A stretch of 64,000 nt of DNA from an uncultured Acidimicrobiaceae bacterium. GTDB lineage: Bacteria > Actinomycetota > Acidimicrobiia > Spongiisociales > UBA5794. The DNA lies in assembly GCA_964569015.1 (NCBI GenBank), contig CAZMSN010000005.1:2846-66845 (forward strand), written 5' to 3'. This document shows positions 27,242 through 36,800 of this stretch, in pieces (the first letter of the stretch is position 1; the number at the start of each line of letters is the position of its first letter). The translations under genes and the position numbers were made by a program. The notes beneath the pieces are model-generated. The model was not told the origin of the DNA. It saw nothing but the letters and a program-made list of their open reading frames with translations, and did no database searches.

Positions 27242-28134
27242 ACGGCCTGTGCGGCCTCCAACCCGGATTCGATCAGGGAGAGCGTCTCCGGCGACGCCGC
27301 GATGAGCGGGAGCCGTGGCTCGCCGACCGAGCCCCACCATGCCGACATGCCACCTTTGAGCGGAATCGGGTTCGGCTCAGCGAAGAGGGCAGCGATGAGC
27401 GGCTTCAACGCGTCGTCGATCTTGGCAGCCTCGTCGTCGTCACCCGCCTTCACGGCATCGAGAAGGCGCCGAATCTGGGGCCCAACGAGATGTGCCGCTA
27501 CCGAGACGGCCCCCACGCCGCCGGCGGCGACGATCGCCCGAGTCATCGAATCGGAACCGGAATAGACGGCGAAGCCCTCGGGCAGAGCCGCGAGAGCCCG
27601 TCGTGTGTAGTCGATGTCGTCGACGGCGTCCTTGACGGCAACGATCTTGGGGTGTTGCGCGAGACGAACCAGCGTCTCGACCTCGATGAGGCGGGCGGTG
27701 CGACTCGGGATGTTGTAGAGCATCAGCGGCAGGTCGGAGGCTTCGGCGATCGCCGTGAAGTGCCGGTAGAGCCCCTCCTGGGGAGGCTTCGAGTAGTAGG
27801 GGGTCACAGCCATGACGGCGTCGCAGCCCATCTCCGCCGCCTGTTCGGTGAGTGCGACGGATGCTGCCGTGTCGTAGGTGCCGGTGCCGGCGATGACTTT
27901 GAGGTTGCCGCCGGCCGCGTCGACGGCCGCCTTGAACAGCGCGATCTTCTCGACCTTGGACAGGGTGGGAGACTCGCCGGTAGTTCCGGAGACAACGATG
28001 CCCTCGGTCCCGTTCTCGGACAGGTGACGCACCAAGCGCCAGTACGTCCCGTAGTCGACGGCACCGTCTTCGTCGAAGGGAGTGAGGGTGGCGGTGAGCA
28101 ACTCGCCAAACGGTGCGGTGGGTCGTGCTTCCAT
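27238..28134 (-). CDS. dapA: 4-hydroxy-tetrahydrodipicolinate synthase
   Basis: TIM-barrel DapA motifs (GTTGE, active-site Lys region IVAVKDA). Confidence 0.85.
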   Translation of the reverse strand: MEARPTAPFGELLTATLTPFDEDGAVDYGTYWRLVRHLSENGTEGIVVSGTTGESPTLSKVEKIALFKAAVDAAGGNLKVIAGTGTYDTAASVALTEQAAEMGCDAVMAVTPYYSKPPQEGLYRHFTAIAEASDLPLMLYNIPSRTARLIEVETLVRLAQHPKIVAVKDAVDDIDYTRRALAALPEGFAVYSGSDSMTRAIVAAGGVGAVSVAAHLVGPQIRRLLDAVKAGDDDEAAKIDDALKPLIAALFAEPNPIPLKGGMSAWWGSVGEPRLPLIAASPETLSLIESGLEAAQAV

Positions 28135-28222
28135 GGACCGGACGGTAGCAGCCTGATGGATCACTATCCTTCATGTTCCCGTGCGCTGAGAGGAAACGGG
28201 ACGCCAGTCTGCGATCTGCAAC

Positions 28223-29068
28223 ATGAAGCACGACCAACCCCACATCCAGGACGTTTCGGCCACCGAGTTCCCTCGAGCGGTGCTCCAGCGCAGCCACGAG
28301 ATCCCGGTGGTCGTGGATTTCTGGGCGACGTGGTGCAGGCCGTGCACGACGCTCAGCCCTCTCCTGGAGCGCCTCGTCGCCGAAGCCGATGGGGCCTTCG
28401 AGCTGGTCAAGGTCGATGTCGATCAGAACCAGGATCTCGCCGCCCAGTTCAACGTTCAAGGCATTCCCACGGTCATCGGCTTCCGGGGCGGACTCCCCGT
28501 GCACCAGTTCACGGGCGCGATCCCCGAGCCGGCTCTCCGCAAGTGGATCGCGCAGATCCTCCCCACCGAACTCGACGGCAAGCTGGAGAAAGCTCGTGAC
28601 GCGATCCTCGCCGACGACGCCGACACCGCGGAGCGTCTCCTGCGAGAGGTCCTCGATCAGCGCCCTGACCACCTCGAGGCGGGCACCGGCCTCGCCAGCC
28701 TGCTCATCGCCCGCGGTGACACCGACGATGCCATCATCGTGCTCGGCAAGCTCGCCCCCGCCCCCGAGGTCGAGCGCCTCCGCGCCGCGGCGCGGCTCAG
28801 CGCCTCGCGCGGCCAGGACATTCCCGAGCTCGAGGCGCAGCTCGAGGCCGACCCGAGTGACGACGGCGTACGCCTCGCGCTAGCCCAGGCGCTGGCCGCG
28901 CATTCCGAGTTCGAGCCGGCCCTCGACCACATGCTGAGCATCGTGCGCGCCAAGCAAGGGCTGCGGGATGATGCCCGTCGCGCCATGGTCGACATCTTTG
29001 GGCTCCTCGGCGACGACCATCCCCTCACGGTGACGTACCGCCGGCAGCTCGCCAGCGCCCTGTTCTGA
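28223..29068 (+). CDS. Thioredoxin-domain protein with C-terminal TPR-like domain (CnoX/YbbN-like)
   Basis: Thioredoxin fold with WCRPC active site, followed by about 170 aa of helical TPR-like repeats. Confidence 0.7.
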   Translation: MKHDQPHIQDVSATEFPRAVLQRSHEIPVVVDFWATWCRPCTTLSPLLERLVAEADGAFELVKVDVDQNQDLAAQFNVQGIPTVIGFRGGLPVHQFTGAIPEPALRKWIAQILPTELDGKLEKARDAILADDADTAERLLREVLDQRPDHLEAGTGLASLLIARGDTDDAIIVLGKLAPAPEVERLRAAARLSASRGQDIPELEAQLEADPSDDGVRLALAQALAAHSEFEPALDHMLSIVRAKQGLRDDARRAMVDIFGLLGDDHPLTVTYRRQLASALF

Positions 29069-29105
29069 GCGGCCGGCCGGCCGTCAGGCACCGGCCGAGA
29101 GCAGA

Positions 29106-29870
29106 TCAGAGGCCGAGCAATGCGTCGAGCCCCACCGTGACGGGCGAGGGAAGGTCGGCGACCTTGCGGATCCCGAGCACCACGCCCGGCATGAACGCCT
29201 GCCGATCGGTGGTGTCGTGGCGAATCGACAGCGTCTCGCCGAGCCCACCGAACAGGACCTCCTGGTGGGCGACGAGGCCCGGAAGGCGAATCGAATGCAC
29301 CGGGATGCCCGCCACCATCGCACCTCGGGCACCGGCCGTCAGCTCGCGACTCTGGACCTCCCGGCGCTGATCGGGCGCCTTGGCGGCGATGCGCTCCGCC
29401 GTCGCCGCCGCGGTACCGGAGGGAGCATCCACCTTCCGGTCGTGGTGGAGTTCGATGATCTCGGCGGCATCGAAGTGGGGCGCCGCCAACTCGGCGAGCC
29501 GCATCATCACCACCGCACCGATCGAGAAATTGGGGACAATGAGGCAATTGGGAGGACCGTCCCCCCACAGCTCCTCCACCTCGGCGACCCGGTCGGCGTC
29601 GAAGCCAGAGGTGCCGACAACGGCGTGCTTGCCGAGGGCCCTCCAGGTACGGAGGTTGTCCATGACGACGTCGGGTCTGGTGAACTCGACGACGACTTCG
29701 GCATCGACCACCACCTCGGGCGTGCCGGACACCTCGATATCGGCGATCGTCTTCCCCGCCTCGTTCGGGTCGAAGAGGGCAGTGAGCTCGAAACCGGCCG
29801 CGTTTGCGACGGTCTCGGCCACGAGGCGTCCCATCCGACCGCCGGCGCCTGAGACGGCAACCTTCGTCAT
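29106..29870 (-). CDS. dapB: 4-hydroxy-tetrahydrodipicolinate reductase
   Basis: N-terminal NAD-binding GAGGRMG and DapB C-terminal domain. ATG overlaps the pepR stop (ATGA). Confidence 0.85.
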   Translation of the reverse strand: MTKVAVSGAGGRMGRLVAETVANAAGFELTALFDPNEAGKTIADIEVSGTPEVVVDAEVVVEFTRPDVVMDNLRTWRALGKHAVVGTSGFDADRVAEVEELWGDGPPNCLIVPNFSIGAVVMMRLAELAAPHFDAAEIIELHHDRKVDAPSGTAAATAERIAAKAPDQRREVQSRELTAGARGAMVAGIPVHSIRLPGLVAHQEVLFGGLGETLSIRHDTTDRQAFMPGVVLGIRKVADLPSPVTVGLDALLGL

Positions 29871-31117
29871 GTCACATGCTCCTCCAGGTCGGAAGCTTCG
29901 AATGGCCCAACCGCGCCGAGCACGTACGGGCCCGAGTAGACCTCACGCGCCACCTCGACCGCCTCGTCGATCGTGATCGCCTCGATGCGCTCGACGACCT
30001 CGTCCACCGAAAGGTGCTCGATCCCGGTCAGCTCCTCACGACCGAGACGGCTCATCCTGCTGCTCGATTCCTCGAGCGACAGCGCCAGACTCCCCTCGAC
30101 GTTGCCCTTGGCTCGTTTCAACTCGTCGGTGCTCGGCCCGGATTCCATCATCTTGTCGAACTCGGCCCGGATGAGCTTCAACACCTCCGAGGCCTGGGTC
30201 GGCGTGGTCCCGGCGTACACCGCCACCGCCCCGGTCTCGAGGAACGGCATGCGGAAACTGTTCACGGCGTAGGCGAGGCCGCGCTGCTCCCGGATCTCAC
30301 GGAAGAGACGCGATGACATGCCTCCCCCGAGCACGTGATCGACAATCGTGAGGGCGAACCTGCGATCGTCCCCCCGCGGCAGCCCCTCCGATCCCAGCAC
30401 CAGATGTGCTTGCTCGGTGTCGCGACGGGTCACCTCGACCTTGGAATCGATAGCGGCGAGCACCGGAGAGCGGCTCGTCGTCCCGCCCTCCCACTCCCCC
30501 ATCGCATCGCCGATCCTCATCACCAGATCGTCATGGTCGATGCGTCCCGCCGCGGAGACAACCACCGAGGATGGGGCGTAGCGTCGTGCCCAGTATCCCC
30601 GGATCGTGTCGCGGTTCATCCCGCCGATCGATTCCGGTGTCCCCAGGATCGGGGGCGCCAGCGGATGGCTGTCCCAGAGGGCCTTCACGAACAGCTCGTG
30701 TGCCACATCGGAGGGGTCGTCTTCGTTCATGTTGATCTCCTCCAGCACCACATGGCGCTCCGAGTCGATCTCGTACTGACGGAAGGCCGGACGTTGCAGC
30801 ATCTCGGCGAGGATGTCGATGGCGAGCTGGAGATCGGCGTCCCGCACCCGCGCCCAGTAGCAGGTGTATTCCTTCGAGGTGGAAGCGTTGTGCCGGGCCC
30901 CGACGGCGTCGAACGCCTCGCTGATTTGATGAGCGGACATCGTCTCAGACCCCTTGAAGAGCAAATGCTCCAGGAAGTGGCTCGCCCCGGCTTCGATCGG
31001 GTCCTCGTCCCGACTTCCGGCATCGACCCAACAGCCGATGGTCGCCGAGCGCACCGACGGCATATCCTGGGAGATGATCCGTAGCCCGTTCGGCAGTGTC
31101 GTGAGGTCGTAATGCAT
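29867..31117 (-). CDS. pepR: M16-family zinc peptidase (insulinase-like)
   Basis: HxxEH zinc motif (HFLEHLLFKGS) and M16 N- and C-domains. Start at ATG 31117 (MHYDLTTLPNGLRII); the track ORF extends to GTG 31159. Confidence 0.75.
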   Translation of the reverse strand: MHYDLTTLPNGLRIISQDMPSVRSATIGCWVDAGSRDEDPIEAGASHFLEHLLFKGSETMSAHQISEAFDAVGARHNASTSKEYTCYWARVRDADLQLAIDILAEMLQRPAFRQYEIDSERHVVLEEINMNEDDPSDVAHELFVKALWDSHPLAPPILGTPESIGGMNRDTIRGYWARRYAPSSVVVSAAGRIDHDDLVMRIGDAMGEWEGGTTSRSPVLAAIDSKVEVTRRDTEQAHLVLGSEGLPRGDDRRFALTIVDHVLGGGMSSRLFREIREQRGLAYAVNSFRMPFLETGAVAVYAGTTPTQASEVLKLIRAEFDKMMESGPSTDELKRAKGNVEGSLALSLEESSSRMSRLGREELTGIEHLSVDEVVERIEAITIDEAVEVAREVYSGPYVLGAVGPFEASDLEEHVT

Positions 31118-31192
31118 GACGAGATGATAGGGGGTGGCATCGGCCAAACCCGCCGCCACCCATCCACGCCGAACCTCCGTAGAATCGATGCG

Positions 31193-31987
31193 GTGAGGAG
31201 CATCCGGGCCCCGCGCCTGCTCACCGTGGCCGTGATGGTCGCCGCCCTGCTCACCGCCTCGTGCGCTGAGCCGGTCACGGGAAGAAGAACCGGCACCACC
31301 GACCCGCCCACCGTGGTCGACATGCCGCTCACCACGACCACGGAGCCCGCTTCCACCACGACCCCGTCCGCTCCCGAGACACCGGAGGAAAGTGTGGCTA
31401 TCTCATTCGTGACTGCCGACGGAATCACACTGGAGGGTCGCCGCTTCGGCACGGGAGCCGACTTCGTCGTCGTGGCGCACATGCGGCCCGCCGAGATGGA
31501 TTCCTGGTTCGACCTCGCCGCCACCCTCGTCGCGGAGGGGTACTCGGTGCTCGCCTTCAACTTCCGCGGCTACGGGAAGTCGGAGGGCTCGGGCTACTCC
31601 GTCGACATCGACACCCTCGCCGCCATCGATCACGCTTTCGAGCTCGGCGCCGAGCGCGTGTTCCTGATCGGCGCCTCGATGGGCGGCACCGGCGTGATTG
31701 CCGCCGCCGCGCAGCGGGAGATCGCCGGGATCGTGACGCTGTCGGCGGCCGAGGAGTTCGACGGGGTGGACGCCCTCACCGCTGCTGCCACGCTCGAGGT
31801 GCCGATGCTGCTCTTTGCCGAGGAGAACAAGACCTATCCGGAGGACGCCAAGGCCATCGCCGCCGCCAGCAGGGGATCCGCCGAGGTTGTCGTGCTCCCC
31901 GGAGATCAACACGGCACCAACCTCTTCGCCGAGCACGACCCCGCCCTCACCGATCGCATCGTGGCGTTCCTGCACGACCACTCGTAG
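31193..31987 (+). CDS. Secreted alpha/beta-hydrolase lipoprotein
   Basis: Signal peptide with lipobox LLTASC, a Thr/Pro-rich linker and an alpha/beta hydrolase fold (GASMGG nucleophile elbow). Start GTG 31193; an alternative ATG at 31112 with GAGG 5 nt upstream would overlap pepR. Confidence 0.55.
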   Translation: MRSIRAPRLLTVAVMVAALLTASCAEPVTGRRTGTTDPPTVVDMPLTTTTEPASTTTPSAPETPEESVAISFVTADGITLEGRRFGTGADFVVVAHMRPAEMDSWFDLAATLVAEGYSVLAFNFRGYGKSEGSGYSVDIDTLAAIDHAFELGAERVFLIGASMGGTGVIAAAAQREIAGIVTLSAAEEFDGVDALTAAATLEVPMLLFAEENKTYPEDAKAIAAASRGSAEVVVLPGDQHGTNLFAEHDPALTDRIVAFLHDHS

Positions 31988-31999
31988 ATCGAGCAACGC

Positions 32000-32422
32000 C
32001 TACTCGGGATCGGGCGGCCGTCGCAGCCGCTTCAGCTCACCGCGAGCCCGCTTCGACGCGAGGCGTCTCCGCCGCGCCGCTCCCGACGGAGCAGTGGGCA
32101 CCCGGCGCCGCCCGGTACGCAGCGCCCCCGCCAGCAGCTCGGCCATGCGCCGGCGCGCGATCACCCGGTTCCGCCACTGGGAACGGGATTCGTCGGCCAC
32201 CACCGTCACGACCCCGTTCACCACCCGCCGGCCGAGCCGCGCCACGAATCGTGCCTTCGTCTCCTCGTCGAGCGCATCGCTCCCGTCGAGATCGAACAGC
32301 AACTCCGCCCGGGTGGCGGAACGGTTGGCGTGCTGACCGCCGGGCCCACCGGCGGGACCGAACCGCCAGCTCAGCTCGCCGTCGGGAATAACCACGCGAT
32401 CGGTGATGCGCAGATCCTTCAT
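32000..32422 (-). CDS. arfB: Peptidyl-tRNA hydrolase ArfB (alternative ribosome-rescue factor)
   Basis: GGQ motif (GPGGQHANRS) and a basic C-terminal tail. ATG at 32422. Confidence 0.8.
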   Translation of the reverse strand: MKDLRITDRVVIPDGELSWRFGPAGGPGGQHANRSATRAELLFDLDGSDALDEETKARFVARLGRRVVNGVVTVVADESRSQWRNRVIARRRMAELLAGALRTGRRRVPTAPSGAARRRRLASKRARGELKRLRRPPDPE

Positions 32423-32478
32423 GGCCCTCAAGCTACCGGACGCGCGACGGGACCCCCGGCATCCGGCCCTGCAGGCAT

Positions 32479-34689
32479 GTGAGACAATCAACGGTTATGC
32501 GTCAGCGCGACCAATCCGTGCTCAACGAGGTCCTCCCCCCAGAGGACCGGGTCATCGAGGCCGTGGTTGCCCGCTACCAACGGGTGGCCCCGGCCGTGAC
32601 GCGCTTCGCCCGCAGCCTCGCCGACAACGAGAACTTGGTGGTGCGGCTCGGTTCGCAGGCGGCGGGTGGAAACGACGAGATCGTGCTCGACCCCGGGGTG
32701 TTCCAGAGCGCCTATGCCCGCAGCGCGCCCGTGACGCCAGCCGAGGTGGCGCTGACCAGCGCCCTGCACGAGGTGGTACACCTCATCGCCACCGACCTCG
32801 ACGAGATGCGGCCCATCCCGCCCGTGTGGATTCCCCCACCATCCCAGAACCCGCCGCGCGAACGGGCGCCCCTGTCCTCGCCGCTCGGTCTCTTCCCGGA
32901 TGACGACCCGCCGATCGACCTCCCCCCCGAGGCCGACCCAGCCACTCCTGTCCGGCTGCTCGACGCCCTCGCCGAGGTCGGAGGACCGGCGGCCGAAGCG
33001 CTGTTCCTCTCCTTGGAGGACGCACGCCAGGAGCGCACCCTGCTCGCCGCATACGCCGGCGCCCGGTCGGTGCTGGCCGACCTCTACCGCAGCGCCACAC
33101 CACAGGCGATGCAGAACGCCCGCCCCCTCGGCCAGTTCGCCCTCGCCTGCTTCCTGGTGACCGGCGGCTACGCCGACCGCAACGGCCTCCAGCGCAGGCT
33201 CGCCCCGCACGTCGCCGCCGCCCTCGACGACGCGATGGACTGCCTCCACGATGTCCCCACCGCCGCCGGCCCCTGGGAAGTCGGAGGGCTCGCCCTGCGC
33301 CTTCTCGAGATCGCGCTCCTCCACGGCCTGGTCCAGCAGACCGACCCTTCCGATTCGCCTGCTGCCAACCGCGCCAAGGGCGAAGCGGATCGGGCGGCGA
33401 TCTCCGAGACCGTCGATGCCGTGCGCATCGTGACCCCACCGCTCCAGGACGCCGACAGCTACGACCAGACCCGCCGTGCGACCCAGGCGGTGACGGCCCA
33501 GCACGGCAAGGCCGGCGACGCCCAGCAAGCAGGAGACCCCGCCACCGATCAGGTGGTCCGTGTCAGTGAAGCGCCCACGATCTACCTCCCGACCGGCCAG
33601 AGCGGCAAGCTGCTGGTGTGCCCCTTCCCCGATCGCTTTGCTCGCCACGCCCCCGATGGGCGCCGCCTCATCGAAGAGGCCGCCTTGCGCTGGCAAGTTG
33701 CGCAGCGCCGAGTAGCCGGTGAGCTCTACCCCCTCTTCGTCGCCAACCAGCGGCGCGGGCTCCGCTCCGGCTACGACGCCGGCGACCTCTCGCCGTACGC
33801 GGCGCTCTTGCTCGGTGCCGGGCTCTACGAGCGCATGTTCGAGCGGCGCGACCTACCGTCACGACGCTCCTACGGCGTGAGCCTGCTCGTCGACGGATCG
33901 GCGTCCATGCTCCAGCCGAAGGCAACCCCCGACGGACGCAACACCCCGTGGCCGCTGGCCGCTGCCATCCTCGGCGCCTGGACCCTCGCCAACCTGTGCA
34001 ACGAGCTTCAGATCGATTTTGAGGTCGCGTTCTTCAACCGGGCGTTCGCCGCGGTCGCCGACGATACCGAGCGGGCCTTCTCCGATCGGCGCCACGCCGC
34101 CACCGGGGCGCTGCGGCGCACCCAGGGAGGGGCTGCGCCACGACTGTCTCGGACCGTCAACCACTACCTCCTCAAGCCGTTTGGTGCCCGCTGGCGGACT
34201 GCTGAGGACATCCTCGCCGGGCTCTTCTGGATGGCGGCGACGCCCTCCGACGCCGCACGCGTCGCCCGCCTCTCACCCGAGGAGGCGCCCCCGATCTCGA
34301 TGTTCGACAAGGCCGCCAACGTCGACGAGTACAACGTCGCCTACGCCGCCCGCCGGCTGGCAGGCCGCAACGTCTCGACCCGCATCCTGGTGGTGCTCGC
34401 CGACGGCATGACCCGCGGCTCGGTCGAGGATCTCGCCGCGTCCGTGCGATCGGTCGAGGGGGCCGGAGCCGTCGTGCTCGGCATCGGCATCGGCGACGAC
34501 ACCGTCCAAGCCGCCTACGATCGCAACCAAGTCGTCGAGCGCCCCGATCATCTCGCTCGCGCCATGGTCGACGGCGTTCGCTCGACCCTCTATCGCACGA
34601 TCGCCGCCGCCGGCGGCAACACCTGGTGGGCTCACACCAGCGAGCGCGCCGTCTACGATCATCCCGCCCCAAGGAGCATCGATGCCTAG
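32479..34689 (+). CDS. Large von Willebrand factor A (VWA) domain protein, CobT/NorD/CbbO-like
   Basis: 736 aa with a C-terminal VWA domain and MIDAS motif (LLVDGSASM). Its stop overlaps the start of the downstream AAA+ gene. Confidence 0.65.
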   Translation: MRQSTVMRQRDQSVLNEVLPPEDRVIEAVVARYQRVAPAVTRFARSLADNENLVVRLGSQAAGGNDEIVLDPGVFQSAYARSAPVTPAEVALTSALHEVVHLIATDLDEMRPIPPVWIPPPSQNPPRERAPLSSPLGLFPDDDPPIDLPPEADPATPVRLLDALAEVGGPAAEALFLSLEDARQERTLLAAYAGARSVLADLYRSATPQAMQNARPLGQFALACFLVTGGYADRNGLQRRLAPHVAAALDDAMDCLHDVPTAAGPWEVGGLALRLLEIALLHGLVQQTDPSDSPAANRAKGEADRAAISETVDAVRIVTPPLQDADSYDQTRRATQAVTAQHGKAGDAQQAGDPATDQVVRVSEAPTIYLPTGQSGKLLVCPFPDRFARHAPDGRRLIEEAALRWQVAQRRVAGELYPLFVANQRRGLRSGYDAGDLSPYAALLLGAGLYERMFERRDLPSRRSYGVSLLVDGSASMLQPKATPDGRNTPWPLAAAILGAWTLANLCNELQIDFEVAFFNRAFAAVADDTERAFSDRRHAATGALRRTQGGAAPRLSRTVNHYLLKPFGARWRTAEDILAGLFWMAATPSDAARVARLSPEEAPPISMFDKAANVDEYNVAYAARRLAGRNVSTRILVVLADGMTRGSVEDLAASVRSVEGAGAVVLGIGIGDDTVQAAYDRNQVVERPDHLARAMVDGVRSTLYRTIAAAGGNTWWAHTSERAVYDHPAPRSIDA

Positions 34690-35671
34690 ACCCGTCACCT
34701 TCACCGACCCGACCGGCGACGGCCCTCCCGTCGAGCTGGATTCCGTCGAGGTACCCCCGGGACTCCCCGATCGCGAGCTGCGGCTCGCCCACGTCCCGAA
34801 GCCCGATCCCTACTACGTCGACCTCGGGATGCTCTACAAGCTCGCCCAACTCGAGCAGGTCCGCCGGCTCCATTTCACCGACACTCCTCTGCATCTCGCC
34901 CTCCGGGGCCACATGGGCACCGGCAAGGACCACGACCTCGAGCAGTTCGCGGCGCTGCTCGGCATGCCCCACTACCGAATCCCCCTCACCGGTGAAGTGC
35001 GCGACATCACCCTGATCGGTTCGGTCAAGCTGCACGGAGACGGCAGGGGCGGTACCGAGAGCAGGTGGCAAGACGGCGACATCACCCGGGCCCTGCGGGG
35101 CCCCGCTCTCATCAACCTCTCGGAGTTGAACGCCGCCGGAGCCGAGACCTTGTTTGCCCTTCACGGCCTGCTCGACCGCCACCAGGCGCTCGAGCTCCCC
35201 ACCGGCGAGATGGTGCGCCTGCGAAGCGACGTGCGGGTCTTCGGGACCCTCAACCCCACCGATCTGCGCGACTATGCCGGCACCCAGACGCTCAACAAGG
35301 CTTTCGCCGACCGGTGGATCATTTGGGAGAAGGACTTCCCCGACGAAGCCCAGCTCGCCGGGATGCTCGACCGCCGCCACCCGGGCCTCAAAGCGGAATT
35401 CGTGGAGCCCATCGCCAAGCTGGCCGTCGAAGTCAACGCCTCGTTCACCTCAGCCGATGCCCGTACCCGGGTCGAGACCCCGATGAGCCTCCGCACCGTG
35501 CTCGATCGCGTCCCGGCCGGGCTCCGAGTGTACGCCGGGAGCAGCGACCCGCTGCGCGACGCCTGGGACGAGTTCGTGCTTCCTCACATCGATCCCTTCG
35601 ATCGAGATCACTATGAGACGGTGTGGGCGGCAGTGGTGCGGCACGGACCCGCCGGGCCGCCCTTCGCCTGA
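34682..35671 (+). CDS. MoxR/CobS-like AAA+ ATPase with non-canonical Walker motifs
   Basis: Walker A-like GHMGTGKD, Walker B-like ALINLSELNAA, sensor-1 VFGTLNPTD and ...NKAFADRW (MoxR/CobS pattern). The start overlaps the upstream VWA gene. Confidence 0.65.
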   Translation: MPRPVTFTDPTGDGPPVELDSVEVPPGLPDRELRLAHVPKPDPYYVDLGMLYKLAQLEQVRRLHFTDTPLHLALRGHMGTGKDHDLEQFAALLGMPHYRIPLTGEVRDITLIGSVKLHGDGRGGTESRWQDGDITRALRGPALINLSELNAAGAETLFALHGLLDRHQALELPTGEMVRLRSDVRVFGTLNPTDLRDYAGTQTLNKAFADRWIIWEKDFPDEAQLAGMLDRRHPGLKAEFVEPIAKLAVEVNASFTSADARTRVETPMSLRTVLDRVPAGLRVYAGSSDPLRDAWDEFVLPHIDPFDRDHYETVWAAVVRHGPAGPPFA

Positions 35672-35719
35672 GCACATCCGACCTGCAGCCAGCGGCGACG
35701 GGCTATCGTCACGCCCGCC

Positions 35720-36205
35720 ATGCCTTCGTTCGACGTCGTGTCCCAGGTCGATCTCCAGGAAGTCCGCAACGCGGTCGATCAGGCCTCGCGCGAGATCGTG
35801 AATCGCTACGACTTCAAGGGCACGGAGACCACGGTCAGGCTCCAAGACAACTCGATCGTGCTCGAATCAAGCACCGAACAGCGCCTCGAGGCGGCCGTCG
35901 ACGTCCTCAAGGGAAGGCTCGTCAAACGCAAGGTGTCGCTCAAGGCACTCAGCGGCGGCGAGCCGCGGCCGGCCGCAGGAGGCCGGTCGCGCAGCGAGTT
36001 CACGCTCAATCAGGGAATCGCCCAGGATGCCGCCCGTGAGCTGTCCAGACAGGTCCGGGACCGCAAGCTCAAGGTGCAGGTCCAGATCCAAGGTGACCAG
36101 CTTCGCGTCCAGGGCAAGAAGCGCGACGATCTCCAGGAGGTCATCGCCTTCCTCAAGGGCCTCGACTACCGCCTGCCGCTTCAGTACGTCAACTACCGCG
36201 ACTGA
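35720..36205 (+). CDS. yajQ: YajQ-family nucleotide-binding protein (UPF0234)
   Basis: MPSFDVVSQVDLQEVRNAVDQASREIVNRYDFKG signature. Confidence 0.8.
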   Translation: MPSFDVVSQVDLQEVRNAVDQASREIVNRYDFKGTETTVRLQDNSIVLESSTEQRLEAAVDVLKGRLVKRKVSLKALSGGEPRPAAGGRSRSEFTLNQGIAQDAARELSRQVRDRKLKVQVQIQGDQLRVQGKKRDDLQEVIAFLKGLDYRLPLQYVNYRD

Positions 36206-36210
36206 GCCGC

Positions 36211-36750
36211 TCAGCGGTCCTCGGCAGCGAGCTCACCGATGTACGGGAGGGTGCGATAGCGCTCGGCGTAGTCGAGCCCGTACCCCACCACCCACACATC
36301 GGGGATGGTGAAGCCCAGGTAGTCGATGGCGACTTCGGCCTCGGTGCGATCCGGTTTGTGCAGCAGCGTGCACAGCTTGAGCGAGGCGGGACCACGGGCC
36401 GTGAGCAGACGTTGCAGGTAGGCGATCGTGTGACCGGTGTCGACGATGTCCTCGACGACCAGCACGTGCTCGTCTGCGATATCGTGCCGGACGTCCATGA
36501 GGAGCCGCACCGATCCGAGGTGCTCCTCGCTCTCGCGATCCCCGTAGCTGGAGACGGCGATGAACTCGATCCGGTTGGGAACGGTGAGGCGGCGGGCGAG
36601 GTCGGACAGGAACACGAACGAGCCCTTGAGCACCCCGACGAGCACGAGGGAATCGACGTCGGCGTAGTCCCGATCGATCGTGGCCGCCAGCTCGGCGACC
36701 TTGTGCCGGATCTCTTCCTCGGTGACGAGCGGTGCAGGTGGGTGCGCCAT
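36211..36750 (-). CDS. hpt: Hypoxanthine-guanine phosphoribosyltransferase
   Basis: PRPP-binding motif VLVVEDIVDTGHT. ATG at 36750. Confidence 0.85.
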   Translation of the reverse strand: MAHPPAPLVTEEEIRHKVAELAATIDRDYADVDSLVLVGVLKGSFVFLSDLARRLTVPNRIEFIAVSSYGDRESEEHLGSVRLLMDVRHDIADEHVLVVEDIVDTGHTIAYLQRLLTARGPASLKLCTLLHKPDRTEAEVAIDYLGFTIPDVWVVGYGLDYAERYRTLPYIGELAAEDR

Positions 36751-36800
36751 CGCCGTGACGGTACTTCCTCGCTCACACGATGTCGCAATCGAACCGTCGA

